Source of the DNA: Wickerhamiella versatilis
Lineage: Eukaryota
Assembly: GCA_030867685.1 (NCBI GenBank)
Contig: JAQOWU010000007.1
Coordinates: 310,001 to 374,000 of the forward strand
Length of the DNA: 64,000 nucleotides
Direction: 5' to 3'
Positions within the stretch are counted from its first letter, which is position 1, and each line of letters starts with the position of its first letter. A model generated the notes under the pieces. That model was not told where the DNA came from and did not search any database. It saw only the letters and a program-made list of their open reading frames with translations. Shown here piece by piece: positions 1-10,356 of the stretch. A program made the position numbers and the translations under genes.

Positions 1-463
1 CAGTAATATGGTCAGACCCCACATGCTTTATGTATCCACCGTGATTGATCGCAGCTATGAGAGACATCCCGCCTATCACGTACGAATCAGGATACGCCTT
101 CATTACGGACAATTCGTTGTAAACCCCATTTTGAATTACCACAATGGCACATTCCGGTGACACAAGAGGTCTTATCAGGTCCTCTGTCGTCTGCACCTCA
201 GGAATATTTTTCGTGCAGACCACGATGTAGTCGTATGGGCAATATTTAGCCGCATCCTGTACAGAGGATACAATCCGATATGGCTTCCAGGAGCTCACCT
301 GACCATAGTCGACAGAATCGAAATAAAACCCGTTCTTGGTCACCGAGTCATAAGTACTTCGAGCAACAAGCGTCACATCCAAATGTCCCGACATTTCCAT
401 GGCCAGGGCAACAACACTGCCTACTCCACCTGCTCCAATCAATACAGCCTGCTTCTTAGGCAT
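1..463 (-). CDS. Ketopantoate reductase family (ApbA/PanE) protein, 3' end runs off the window
   Basis: Manual translation from ATG at 463: MPKKQAVLIGAGGVGSVVALAME...VTLVARS...YDYIVVCTKNIP...IVVIQNG. Shows the Rossmann GxGxxG and the ApbA 'K' and 'QNG' motifs. Absent from the ORF track because it is truncated. Confidence 0.85.
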   Translation of the reverse strand, partial: MPKKQAVLIGAGGVGSVVALAMEMSGHLDVTLVARSTYDSVTKNGFYFDSVDYGQVSSWKPYRIVSSVQDAAKYCPYDYIVVCTKNIPEVQTTEDLIRPLVSPECAIVVIQNGVYNELSVMKAYPDSYVIGGMSLIAAINHGGYIKHVGSDHIT

Positions 464-767
464 TTTCTATGTACTGATCAGAATTAGTATTAGTAGTGGG
501 CAATAACATTAAATACGAAACGTGCGGCATACACATATGATGACAAAGTCATACAGTGATGGAAGGTAAATCCGAAAATGCCTCACCTGTAATGCGAATG
601 GGCAAAACCTAATAAATTCTCTCCACCCATGAGGTTCATGAGATAAAAAACAATTCATCGACTTACCAGTATAGCATATTCAAATAAATAAGGATTCTAT
701 AAATATCATACGAATTTCGCTGAGTACCACGTTTCGGACATCCGATATTGGTGCTGGTAAAATAACA

Positions 768-2795
768 CTAGTACAAGTACAACGTGATACCCAAATCTTC
801 TGCAACGTTCCACCAATCGCAAAGTTCGCCTCTGCGTCTCCGTGAGTGTACTTCATCCACAAGCTTTATCTCTTCATCACGATTGCATAGGGAACTCTCT
901 TGCATATACGAGAGCCATCGCTCGTACCTAGTCCTGAGCTTTTCATCATGACCTGAAACTTCGCATGCACCAACAAACCCAACAAAGAAAAAGGGTACGC
1001 TGGTGACAGATTCAAATGTCTTGTTAAGGTAGGTAATTGCGTCCAAATGCTGGATAATACTAAGTACAAATCTCTGGAGTAACTCAGGATTCACACCCTT
1101 GACCGCCCGGTAGTGATACAGAACCAGACAGTCAAAAAATGCAAGCGTATGGTGGTTTATTATGGCAAGTCGCCTGGCCTGTTTTCCCGCAGCAGAATTC
1201 TCAGCCGCTGAGGAGAGAATGCTAGGCGGCGTATAATGCTTGTGCCAGTTTTCAAAGGCTGCTTCTAGTGCGGTGCTCTTCTGAATATGCTTTTCATCCA
1301 AAAAAGTATTGGGTTGCTTTTTTCTCTCGGTTAAGGCTGCCTGGGAAATAAGAACTGTCTCCTTAAATAGGAAGATCAGTGAGTTTGGCAGGCCCCAAGT
1401 GAGCTCTAAAGACTGTGCGACTCGGTCTGTCAACGGGTCTACAGTGTACTGGGAGAAGTATTCATTCAGCTCTAAAGGATTCTTCATGTAGTCCAATTTA
1501 AGATGAGGCCATTCTTTCATCCCTAGTTTTTTAACATCTTCATGAACATCAGACTGAAATGGTGAAAGTTTCTCAAACGCTCTGTCTATCCAATCATCGC
1601 TGTCGAGAAAACCACCCCCGACTGGATTAAAAACTGAACCAGATACCTTCATCAGTAGGACGGATATCGCGAGACACTGATGTATCATTCGGTCCCTATC
1701 ACTCATATTTGGTTGATTGCTGAGTCGGAGGTTAACCAACCTCTGGGCAGATACCAACAATTTATCCGCATCAGGGCCGTTTGTGACTCGTTCCACTAAT
1801 ACCATTAATTGGATAGCTATCAATAGGTCCTGGTATTTTCCGACCCCTTCACCGCGAAAACACTCATTTAGCGATGACCTTGCAACCTTATGGCACTGTG
1901 ATGCAATATTATAATACTCATCTTTTGCATCTCTATCAGTGCAATATTTGCGCGCTAGGTGGTATGCCGCTATTGCTTCTGCACCATACAATATGCAATT
2001 TCGCGAATTACTGGTAGTTCCGGTTAGCGTGATATCGCCGATGGCATGAACTGCCCTCGGTGTGAACTCCGAGCGAAAAAAGTTGTCGCTGTGCTTTATT
2101 ATCGGCATCAATGTCATGAAGTGGTTGTGGAAATATGATAGAAGCAAATGACTGGCAGGATTAAGTCTCTTGAAAGATGAGCTCAAACCGAGGGTTGCCG
2201 GTAATGACATGGTTAGATGAGGAACGGGATTGGTGTCCTCAAAAAGCAACGAACGCGCATCAGGCCCCAGCGGATCCTGATTCACGTTCTCATTAATCTC
2301 AGATATAAACATTTCGAAGTTACCCTCATCTATGTCAAGGTTATCAAGATTTCCATAGGTCTCCAGGTCCCATAGATTGTCGATAGAAGAAGCAGCCTCG
2401 GTGTGTAATACATCTTTAGACGCCTCTTGTTCATTATCAGCTGGCAGTGAGGAAACCGTCGACCCTTCCAAAAGCTCATCACTGGAAAACACGCCAAATG
2501 GCCCATTCGATATGGTCCTTTCTGAATGCGAGATCGACTCCAGCTGCTCAATGTCATGTTCCAGATCATCATAAGATTCGTAGCTTTGATCCCTCGGATA
2601 ACAAACGAATTCAATATTAGAACGAAAGTCATTGTCTCGCTTATGCTCTCCTGCCCAGCGAAGACGGACTCCGTAACCCCCGCATTTGATCCTTTGCCGG
2701 GCACAGCGTTGGCAGGTAGGCTTGCCTAGATCACACTTGACTCTTCTCTCTCTACAGGTCCAGCAGCCATTGTATGACTTTTTGGCTACAACCAT
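768..2795 (-). CDS. Zn(II)2Cys6 transcription factor, Arg81-like, with fungal-specific C-terminal domain
   Basis: N-terminal GCWTCRERRVKCDLGKPTCQRC-x6-CGGYGVRLRW closely resembles the Arg81 zinc cluster; 675 aa. Confidence 0.85.
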   Translation of the reverse strand: MVVAKKSYNGCWTCRERRVKCDLGKPTCQRCARQRIKCGGYGVRLRWAGEHKRDNDFRSNIEFVCYPRDQSYESYDDLEHDIEQLESISHSERTISNGPFGVFSSDELLEGSTVSSLPADNEQEASKDVLHTEAASSIDNLWDLETYGNLDNLDIDEGNFEMFISEINENVNQDPLGPDARSLLFEDTNPVPHLTMSLPATLGLSSSFKRLNPASHLLLSYFHNHFMTLMPIIKHSDNFFRSEFTPRAVHAIGDITLTGTTSNSRNCILYGAEAIAAYHLARKYCTDRDAKDEYYNIASQCHKVARSSLNECFRGEGVGKYQDLLIAIQLMVLVERVTNGPDADKLLVSAQRLVNLRLSNQPNMSDRDRMIHQCLAISVLLMKVSGSVFNPVGGGFLDSDDWIDRAFEKLSPFQSDVHEDVKKLGMKEWPHLKLDYMKNPLELNEYFSQYTVDPLTDRVAQSLELTWGLPNSLIFLFKETVLISQAALTERKKQPNTFLDEKHIQKSTALEAAFENWHKHYTPPSILSSAAENSAAGKQARRLAIINHHTLAFFDCLVLYHYRAVKGVNPELLQRFVLSIIQHLDAITYLNKTFESVTSVPFFFVGFVGACEVSGHDEKLRTRYERWLSYMQESSLCNRDEEIKLVDEVHSRRRRGELCDWWNVAEDLGITLYLY

Positions 2796-3079
2796 GACAA
2801 GCCCAGCCCGACTACCTTATATCGAGTAGACCTTTTTTATCTCTGTTATGTAATATTCTGGGTAAATCATAATCCAATGGCTAGTGGATCAGTGATCAAC
2901 AGGAGTGCTATAACTACCTCTTTGCGTTACTCCAGGTGAAAACACCCCTCTAACTAGCATAATTCCCATGTTTCAGTATGACTCAGGTGTTGTGAAGTAG
3001 ATATGGCCAAGGACGCGATTAGCTAACTCGGTAAAGTAGTCCCCACACCAAGGGTATAAACAGAAGAAGATAATTGGCG

Positions 3080-4558
3080 ATGTATGAAGCTGAGCATGCT
3101 CCCTTGTTATCAGAGGAACAGGATAGGATCCTCTCACCAGGCTCTAGCTTCGTTGAGAATGCTCCAGACCCAGAAACTGCAGATATCGACGCGTTGCTGG
3201 AGGAAGATCCCACTCATCCAAAGCACCGCCCCATAAGTCCGGTTCCCAATAGCATTATTATTCTTTATCTTTTATTCATTGTCCCTGTGACGTTTTGCGC
3301 GTCCACGATAAGTATTGACGTGGATCAGGATGTGGTTTACGAAGTTATCTGCAGGCAGCTGGACGTGCCATCTGATAAGTGTCTTAGCGATACGCGTGCC
3401 GGACGAACTGTAACAAACTTTTTTTCCGCTCAAAGTATCATATGTGGAATAATTACCCTTATCACCACCACATATTTTGTTTCGTTATCCGATGTTGTGG
3501 GTCGGAAACCCGTGCTGATTTTCTCTATGGTTTTTGGAGCATTAGCCGCCCTGGCACTGTGGTATGTCGGCTTCTACTGGAAGAACCCTCCAACTTACTG
3601 GGTGCTGTTGATTCCAAGTGTCATTGACTCGCTTGGAGGTGAGCTCAGCCTTGTGCTGAAGATGAGCACTGTGTTTACGGCGGATGTTTTTAGTTGTGCA
3701 CCCCAGAGAGCATTCTGGATGTCAATTAACGAGGGTTTGGCGCTTTTATCTGAAATGTTTGGCCCTGCTTGGGGTAACTGGATTGGGGACCGCACAGATG
3801 GTGAAAAGGTATTGATATCGGTAACGGTAATTTTAGTGATACTGCCCATTATTGCCATCGTTGCACTAACTGAGACGCTACCCCGGAACCATCGGCGTCA
3901 TAATAGGACACCCAAGCTGGAAATGCTGTGGTTCAAGGGGGTCAAGAACCCCGACTATCGTTGGAATGCACGGCTCCTTTTGCTGAATGTTTTCTTGGGT
4001 ACCGAGTGCCGTACAGCATTCATTCCAATTTTGCTTATGTATCCAAAGCGTACTTTTGGCTGGGGTGGTCGTGAAGGGGCTAACTTGGCCATCTACCTTT
4101 CGGGAACTCGCACATTCTGGGAGTTATTCGGTTTCCCGTACGTATACACACACCTGGGGCGTATTTGGCAGCTGCATTCCCATCGTGTTGACCACATAGA
4201 TGTAACATTATTGGCTACTAGCTCGCTGTTTGCTGCACTAGGGTATCTTACAATGGGCACCACGTCAACCTCACGTAGCTATTATATGGGCGCTGTTATT
4301 GATGCCTGTTCAGCTATTGGTACGCCCATATACAATTCTGCTGTACTCAAGCATGTTCCAAAGTCCAACGTAGGTTCATTTGTGTCTTCTCTTGCACTTC
4401 TGGAGCAGATTGGTCGCATTATAGTCCAGGCGGGGTTTCTGCGTATTTATAGCCTTACCTACGAATGGTGTCCAAATTTTACTTTTCTATGTATTAGCTC
4501 GGCATTTATTGCCCTATTTGCCACGGCATTTATTTATCGTCCAGAGGTAACTTACTGA
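3080..4558 (+). CDS. MFS transporter
   Basis: Multiple hydrophobic helices; MFS motif A 'SLSDVVGRKPVL'; N-terminal 'EHAPLL' dileucine-like sorting signal; ATG at 3080. Confidence 0.85.
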   Translation: MYEAEHAPLLSEEQDRILSPGSSFVENAPDPETADIDALLEEDPTHPKHRPISPVPNSIIILYLLFIVPVTFCASTISIDVDQDVVYEVICRQLDVPSDKCLSDTRAGRTVTNFFSAQSIICGIITLITTTYFVSLSDVVGRKPVLIFSMVFGALAALALWYVGFYWKNPPTYWVLLIPSVIDSLGGELSLVLKMSTVFTADVFSCAPQRAFWMSINEGLALLSEMFGPAWGNWIGDRTDGEKVLISVTVILVILPIIAIVALTETLPRNHRRHNRTPKLEMLWFKGVKNPDYRWNARLLLLNVFLGTECRTAFIPILLMYPKRTFGWGGREGANLAIYLSGTRTFWELFGFPYVYTHLGRIWQLHSHRVDHIDVTLLATSSLFAALGYLTMGTTSTSRSYYMGAVIDACSAIGTPIYNSAVLKHVPKSNVGSFVSSLALLEQIGRIIVQAGFLRIYSLTYEWCPNFTFLCISSAFIALFATAFIYRPEVTY

Positions 4559-4882
4559 ACCAGTGCCTATCTCTAGCTTATGTCTAGGTCCTCCTGAGAA
4601 ATAACCTAAGTACCTCATAAGTAATAAGGCAGGTATAATTATCCCCTCTATTCTATTTTTTTTTCTTTTCCTCTATGATTCCCTACTGTCAGAAAACATG
4701 CTGCTGCTACTGTATTTCAAATGTATGCATATACATACACTGCTCGCTGCTGATTACATATGAATTGAGATTCGAATTACCCTGACAGGTGACGACACAC
4801 ACCACAGTTTGACGTCACAAGGATTCTATTTAATTGATAGCTCTCTCTGTCCCAGCTCTTTTCTGTAGACGTTACATCTACA

Positions 4883-5653
4883 ATGAGGGTCCGTATATAC
4901 GATAATAACATACGGTGCATCCCCGTCTGGCGCTCAAAAGGGGAGATGCCATGGAAGCACCGGAGTAAAGGATGCATTAAGAGCATTTTGAGGTACTGTA
5001 ATGAGGGTTCTGCAATCGTATGCCTACAGGAGGTGGTGCATAAACAACTCAATGATATCCTCTCAGGCCTGGGTGAAGACTGGGCCCATGTCGGTCGAGG
5101 TAGAGGCAAAAAGCCTAAAAACGGGGAGTACTCACCAATTATCTATCGAAAAAGTATATGGGAAGTGGTATCATGGACAACGAAGTGGCTGAGTCCCACA
5201 CCTGATATTCCTAGTAAAGGTTGGGGAGCGAACCTGCCACGCATAGTTACCATAGCTGAATTTCGGCATAGAGAAACTCAAGTCACTATCAATGTCCTTT
5301 GCACGCATTTTGACCACCAGAAAGAAAATACACGGGCCCACTCGGGGGAGTTCCTGGAACAACTGGTGTGCAGCATCACCGGGCCAGTATTTGTTGCTGG
5401 TGACTTCAACGGCACGGAAGATGAGATCTGGTATAATAAACTCTCGTCCAGGTTGCAAGATGCGGCAAAAGTGGCACCAAGTCGAACAGGCCCGTCGGCC
5501 ACGTATGTCGGATTTTCTGGCCACGACGCGAAAGTAATTGACTATATCTGGACAAACATGAATGTGGAATCGCTCAGCATAGGTCTGAACGAAATTGACA
5601 ATGTGGTCTTCAGCGACCACCGGCCGCTTGTTTGTGATGTGCTACTCGCTTAG
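4883..5653 (+). CDS. Endonuclease/exonuclease/phosphatase (EEP) family protein
   Basis: Motifs NNIR, CLQEV, THFDH, GDFN, IDYI, SDHRP. Confidence 0.9.
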   Translation: MRVRIYDNNIRCIPVWRSKGEMPWKHRSKGCIKSILRYCNEGSAIVCLQEVVHKQLNDILSGLGEDWAHVGRGRGKKPKNGEYSPIIYRKSIWEVVSWTTKWLSPTPDIPSKGWGANLPRIVTIAEFRHRETQVTINVLCTHFDHQKENTRAHSGEFLEQLVCSITGPVFVAGDFNGTEDEIWYNKLSSRLQDAAKVAPSRTGPSATYVGFSGHDAKVIDYIWTNMNVESLSIGLNEIDNVVFSDHRPLVCDVLLA

Positions 5654-5749
5654 CCCAAAATAGGTATGTTTTCAGATTAAGTTAAGGTAAAATACATAAG
5701 GTTACCTGGTACATTCAGAGCGATTCTCATGACCGTGTTAGTGTTATAT

Positions 5750-7135
5750 CTACTTCAAGGGATCGAACCAGTCCCGAATGCGGGTGTGCCTGAATACCCG
5801 CATCCCCATCGTAGAACCTCGGGCAAAATCATGGGTCCTTCGGGCTTCAAGGAAGTCATCAACAACAGATTGAAGCCCGTACCGGTTGGAGAAAAGGAAT
5901 AATGTATATGTCAATAGTGCGTAAAACATTCCAATGAGTAGATCAATGCGCCAGTGGTGGTCCAGGTACATGGTCGACCACCACTGGTACGCAACGAAAG
6001 TCAATGCAAGTAGTTTTGTGGCCGTCCAATTAGAGAAATAACCCACAAAATAGAATATCATGACAGCCATAGATGAGTGGACCGATGGAATGGCCCCAAA
6101 CACTATAGGGCTTTTGTGAAACCCGTTCGTGTGAAGATGTGTGCCCATTTGCATGTCGACCCGCGTTAGTCCCGCTGCATACCCTTCCAGGTCATAATTT
6201 GCGGGGTGGTCTTCACCATACATGTGAATGAACCAGGGTGGTGCAGTAGGAAACAACAAATGGGTTAGCACTGCCATAATGTTTTGCAAACCCATCATGA
6301 ATGAGAAAACTCTTACTGCACCTGGAGGGTGGAACACATAGAGCCATACTGCGGTGATAATGGCGGTAAATGCGTGCCCAGGCACATAGGACGCCCAAGA
6401 GGCAATATCCTTCAGTGGGGTCTGATGGTGTACAAAAAGCATATCAAAATTCAAAATTGGCCAACAGAGAGCCAATAGTAGCAGCGGAGACAGCCACCAG
6501 CAATTTGGAAGGCCACGGTCGGGTGCAGCGACCGCAGACGAGAACCCGGACTCGGACTCGGACTCGGATCCAGACGCGGACGCGGACTCTGAGCGTACCA
6601 ATACTAAGGGAACATCCTTTTGTGGTTCCTCTTTCGGTGCCAGCGACATATCTGTGGAAGAATTACCTGACATGATGATGTTTGACCTACTGGTGCTCGC
6701 CCGCCAAAGCTCTATCGAGTCGGACATGTTTTCTCCTGCCAGCTTTTCGCAGTCATCTGCAGGAGGCAAAGCAATTTGGGGTCCATGATACTGATATAAT
6801 CCTCGGTAAAGCACATACGCAAGTATTAAAAGCAGCAAAAAGCACATAGGGGCCATAAATGGATGCTTGTGTACATCGAACGTTATCTCATTCATACGGA
6901 CTGCCACCTTCACAAAAATCGGGGGCCGCCAGTCCTTAGGAATTAGACCGGCATTCTTGAATATCATGAGCCACAAAAACATGGGGGAGAAATTCATTGC
7001 AAAATTGAGGACCAAGCCTAATAAGGTGCGTCCGTTGAGGCCACACCAGTATACACGGTTAATAAACCATGCCAGCCATAGTATAGGATTAAACTGTATC
7101 AGCCGTTTAAGCCATATAAAGATATCCACCTCCAT
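5750..7135 (-). CDS. IPT1: Inositolphosphotransferase (Ipt1/Aur1 PAP2 family)
   Basis: Motifs 'THLLFPTAPPWF', 'GYAAGLTRVD', 'FGAIPSVHS', 'WWSTMYLDHHWRIDL', C-terminal 'GSTMGMRVF' typical of Ipt1. Confidence 0.85.
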   Translation of the reverse strand: MEVDIFIWLKRLIQFNPILWLAWFINRVYWCGLNGRTLLGLVLNFAMNFSPMFLWLMIFKNAGLIPKDWRPPIFVKVAVRMNEITFDVHKHPFMAPMCFLLLLILAYVLYRGLYQYHGPQIALPPADDCEKLAGENMSDSIELWRASTSRSNIIMSGNSSTDMSLAPKEEPQKDVPLVLVRSESASASGSESESESGFSSAVAAPDRGLPNCWWLSPLLLLALCWPILNFDMLFVHHQTPLKDIASWASYVPGHAFTAIITAVWLYVFHPPGAVRVFSFMMGLQNIMAVLTHLLFPTAPPWFIHMYGEDHPANYDLEGYAAGLTRVDMQMGTHLHTNGFHKSPIVFGAIPSVHSSMAVMIFYFVGYFSNWTATKLLALTFVAYQWWSTMYLDHHWRIDLLIGMFYALLTYTLFLFSNRYGLQSVVDDFLEARRTHDFARGSTMGMRVFRHTRIRDWFDPLK

Positions 7136-7911
7136 ATTTTTTTCGCTAAAATTGACTTTGATTTATCAGGGAAAAAACCCCCACATATCGAAAGAAAAGC
7201 TATGCCTGACATATGCATGAGTAATCAGAAGTGCATTATTTGGATCACGGGAAATCAAAGTCCGATGCCATTTATTGAGTCAGTGATGGACTGCCGGCTT
7301 TTTCCTCCGCTTGATTTGATTTTGTAGAGGCAGTTGCTAATTTAAGCGAGGTAACAGCAACCCGCTCGGTCTACCAATTGGCATCGGAATGTTACCTGAT
7401 TAGTCATTGCGCTTCACAGGCCGCGCTTTACGAAGAGGATGTCACGAGACTAACCTAGCTTGTTCCTGGTTCAGAATGGTTACGATTTTCAGGGTCTCAA
7501 TTTTTTATTTTCCATGCAAACGCTGGGACTTATAGGCAGTTTGTAGTAAAAGAGGCTTAATTTGAGGGCCTGGTGCCTGGTGCTGTGTTGATCTATTTTT
7601 AGGATACCATGGGCACGGCTCCGGCTCCGGCTCCATGACAATTACATGTACCACCAATAAGACCAAGGAATGCAGGGAGACAGGGGAGCAATAATGTAAA
7701 GAGCTCATGAAATCAGGGTAAGAGTACATTTCTGTGTGCCATAGTATTTTCTGCATTTTTTTTTCGTGTGCACTGATAATAATGCTAGTCTACAGTATAA
7801 TATGGCTTGTGTCAAGAAACTATTTACCTTACAGAAAGAACTAGCACAGTAGTATAATGTATCTGCTAGGTGGTATCTTAGCCACAAGGCTGGTTCCTCA
7901 TGGGTTATCAA

Positions 7912-10356
7912 TTACAGAGTAAGTGTCTGGTTCAGTCTCAAGTCACGCGAGTGGGCTGCGGCAGACACAATGAATGTGCCATGGGGTATCACCCATTCCT
8001 GGGCTGCCACATCCCACACTGAAAAGCTCTTGCGGTTCAGATTGATATTAGCCGTCTTCGTTTGGCCAGGAGCAATGTCTCTGATTTTTTCAAACCCACG
8101 AAGAACCTTGGGCGGCTCTCCTGCCGAGTCAGGGTATTGAACGTATATTTGGACAACCTCACTGCCGGTAACATTTCCTGTGTTCTTTACTCCCACCTTT
8201 GCCGTGGCTGCGGTGGCATAAAGGCTAGGCGTGGTGGAGTTTCTCCAGCCAACCGTCAAGTTCGAGTTTGTGAGGTTGGTGTTAAAATCGAATGACGCAT
8301 AGTCGAATGTTGTGTAACTAAGGCCAAATCCAAATGGGAATTGTGGCTCGATTCCCTCTTCATCGAACCGACGGTAGTCTAGAAGGAGTTCCTCGTCGAA
8401 CACATCCTTAGGATCGATCTCGGGCTCCTTCATGGGTTGAATATAATCCGATTCGTTCTTGGCAATGGTGTAAGGCAGCTTGCCTGAAGGCGAGACGTCC
8501 CCGAACAGAATGGGTACCAGAGAGTTACCGCTCTGGTCACCAGGAATGTAGGCATTAAGCACACCAGTCACGTTGGGATGGTCGATCCAGTCGGAAACTA
8601 TGGGTGGATTGGTTGAGTGAATGACTACAATTGTGTTGTTGCAGAGCGAGGCGACCTGCTTGATCAGCTCGTCACCATTGTTTGCTAAATGAAGAGACTC
8701 CAGATCCTGTCCCTCAAAGGATTTGATCGAAACGAACACGATGGCGGTATCAGAGTATCCAATCGTCCTGTTGTAAGCATTGATGGCACCAGAACCATTG
8801 CTAGGCTGTTGGTTGTAGCCGTCATCGGTAAGGTCATAGACAACCGTACCGCCATTAGCGAGGACACGGCTATTGATGGCTTCCAGTGGAGTGACGACGC
8901 GAGAGGATGACGACGCACCGGATCCTCCACCAGTCCAGGTGGTACCGTTATTCTTTGAGTCGATTGGACAGTACTCAAATACACTGGGGCATCCTGTGCC
9001 GTAAGGAGAAGGACCAGCATCGCTACCAAACAGACCAAGTGCCGAATCGTTCTTCAGGGGCAAGCCGCCAGAGTTCTTAAGCAATGTGATGGCGGCTGTG
9101 CCAACCTCACGAATAACCTCGCTGTGGTTCCTTGTGACGTCAATCAGTGGGTTCACCAGAGTGCCATTGTAGTATTTTTCAGTGGTGGTGCTGTTGAACT
9201 TCGTCTCTGGGTCCCAGGAGTCTTGTCCTAAGGAATAGTATGGTGTAAAGACTCGCAAAATCGCATCATTAAGCCTGCTCTCAGGGACTGTGCCATTCTT
9301 TACCATCTTTAGCAGTGTAGGGCCCCATATGTCGCCGTTCACCGTGCTCACCTCCTGACCACCCATGTCAAGATCGCATCCAGCCAGAATGGACTCTTTG
9401 GTGGACTGCAGCGCACCCCAGTCAGATACAACATATCCCTGGAAATCCATCTCGGTCTTGAGAATCTTTGAAAGGGTGTGGGAGTTCTCGCAACTCTGAG
9501 TTCCGTTGACCCGGTTGTACGAGCACATCACTGACGATGCACCAGCACGCACTGCCTCGGCAAACGCCCAGGTATAAACCTCATGAATTGCCCTATCTCC
9601 AATGACAGAATCAATTTGCATTTGCTTGCCTGGAGGGAACGGTGTGTACTCCCAGGTGAATGTACCGCGGGCTGGGGCGTACGTCTGGGCGAACCTGAAT
9701 GTCTCCTGTTCATAGCCAAGGAAGTGCTTAGCACTCACTTGTACACCCTGTGACTGGATTCCTTGCACTGCGACATAGCTGAGCTCAGCTGTAAGTACTG
9801 GATCATTGCCAAAATTCTCAAACACCCGGCCACTGAATGGCGACCGGCCCTGTGGACCACCAGTGACAGGTCCAAGTGCTACGTGAATTCCTTTATCGCG
9901 GTTTTCAGCACCCATTGCCTCGGAATGCTGCTGCACCAGATTGCGATCCCACGTAGCCGCCAATGTAAGCTCTGGAGCAAACCCGCTTGTTCCCAGCACT
10001 GCACGAGGGCCTGCTGGACCATCTTGGTATCGAATTGTGCTAAGATTAAGCCTTTCGAGAGGTGGAATATTACCCGAGGCTCCGAGATATAGCCTTCCCG
10101 TCACCAGATCCACTTTTTCTTCGGTTGTGAGTTGGTTTAACAGATCCACGGCCTTGGGATGCGGGTTCCTAATGGCTGGGGCATCATATTTTTTGGGCTC
10201 ATAAGGGTGGTTATTTGCGTCCAACCCAACGTATCGCAAACTGTGGAGATAATCCAGCTCGGCCTGGGTATTATTGCTCACGTCTGGCCAAGTGACATTA
10301 CTAGCCACCTGGGCTGCTACTGCTGCCACTAGTGCAGAATATGCCAATGGAATCAT
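7912..10356 (-). CDS. Secreted GH3 beta-glucosidase
   Basis: Signal peptide; 'QDGPAG', 'KHF', 'MCSYN', catalytic 'VSDWG'; 'PSGKLPYT', 'FGFGLSYTTF'; C-terminal Fn3-like domain. Confidence 0.95.
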   Translation of the reverse strand: MIPLAYSALVAAVAAQVASNVTWPDVSNNTQAELDYLHSLRYVGLDANNHPYEPKKYDAPAIRNPHPKAVDLLNQLTTEEKVDLVTGRLYLGASGNIPPLERLNLSTIRYQDGPAGPRAVLGTSGFAPELTLAATWDRNLVQQHSEAMGAENRDKGIHVALGPVTGGPQGRSPFSGRVFENFGNDPVLTAELSYVAVQGIQSQGVQVSAKHFLGYEQETFRFAQTYAPARGTFTWEYTPFPPGKQMQIDSVIGDRAIHEVYTWAFAEAVRAGASSVMCSYNRVNGTQSCENSHTLSKILKTEMDFQGYVVSDWGALQSTKESILAGCDLDMGGQEVSTVNGDIWGPTLLKMVKNGTVPESRLNDAILRVFTPYYSLGQDSWDPETKFNSTTTEKYYNGTLVNPLIDVTRNHSEVIREVGTAAITLLKNSGGLPLKNDSALGLFGSDAGPSPYGTGCPSVFEYCPIDSKNNGTTWTGGGSGASSSSRVVTPLEAINSRVLANGGTVVYDLTDDGYNQQPSNGSGAINAYNRTIGYSDTAIVFVSIKSFEGQDLESLHLANNGDELIKQVASLCNNTIVVIHSTNPPIVSDWIDHPNVTGVLNAYIPGDQSGNSLVPILFGDVSPSGKLPYTIAKNESDYIQPMKEPEIDPKDVFDEELLLDYRRFDEEGIEPQFPFGFGLSYTTFDYASFDFNTNLTNSNLTVGWRNSTTPSLYATAATAKVGVKNTGNVTGSEVVQIYVQYPDSAGEPPKVLRGFEKIRDIAPGQTKTANINLNRKSFSVWDVAAQEWVIPHGTFIVSAAAHSRDLRLNQTLTL

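Noticed and set aside
6547-6590. GGACTC hexamer repeats
   Set aside because: Ordinary Ser/Glu low-complexity coding microsatellite within IPT1.
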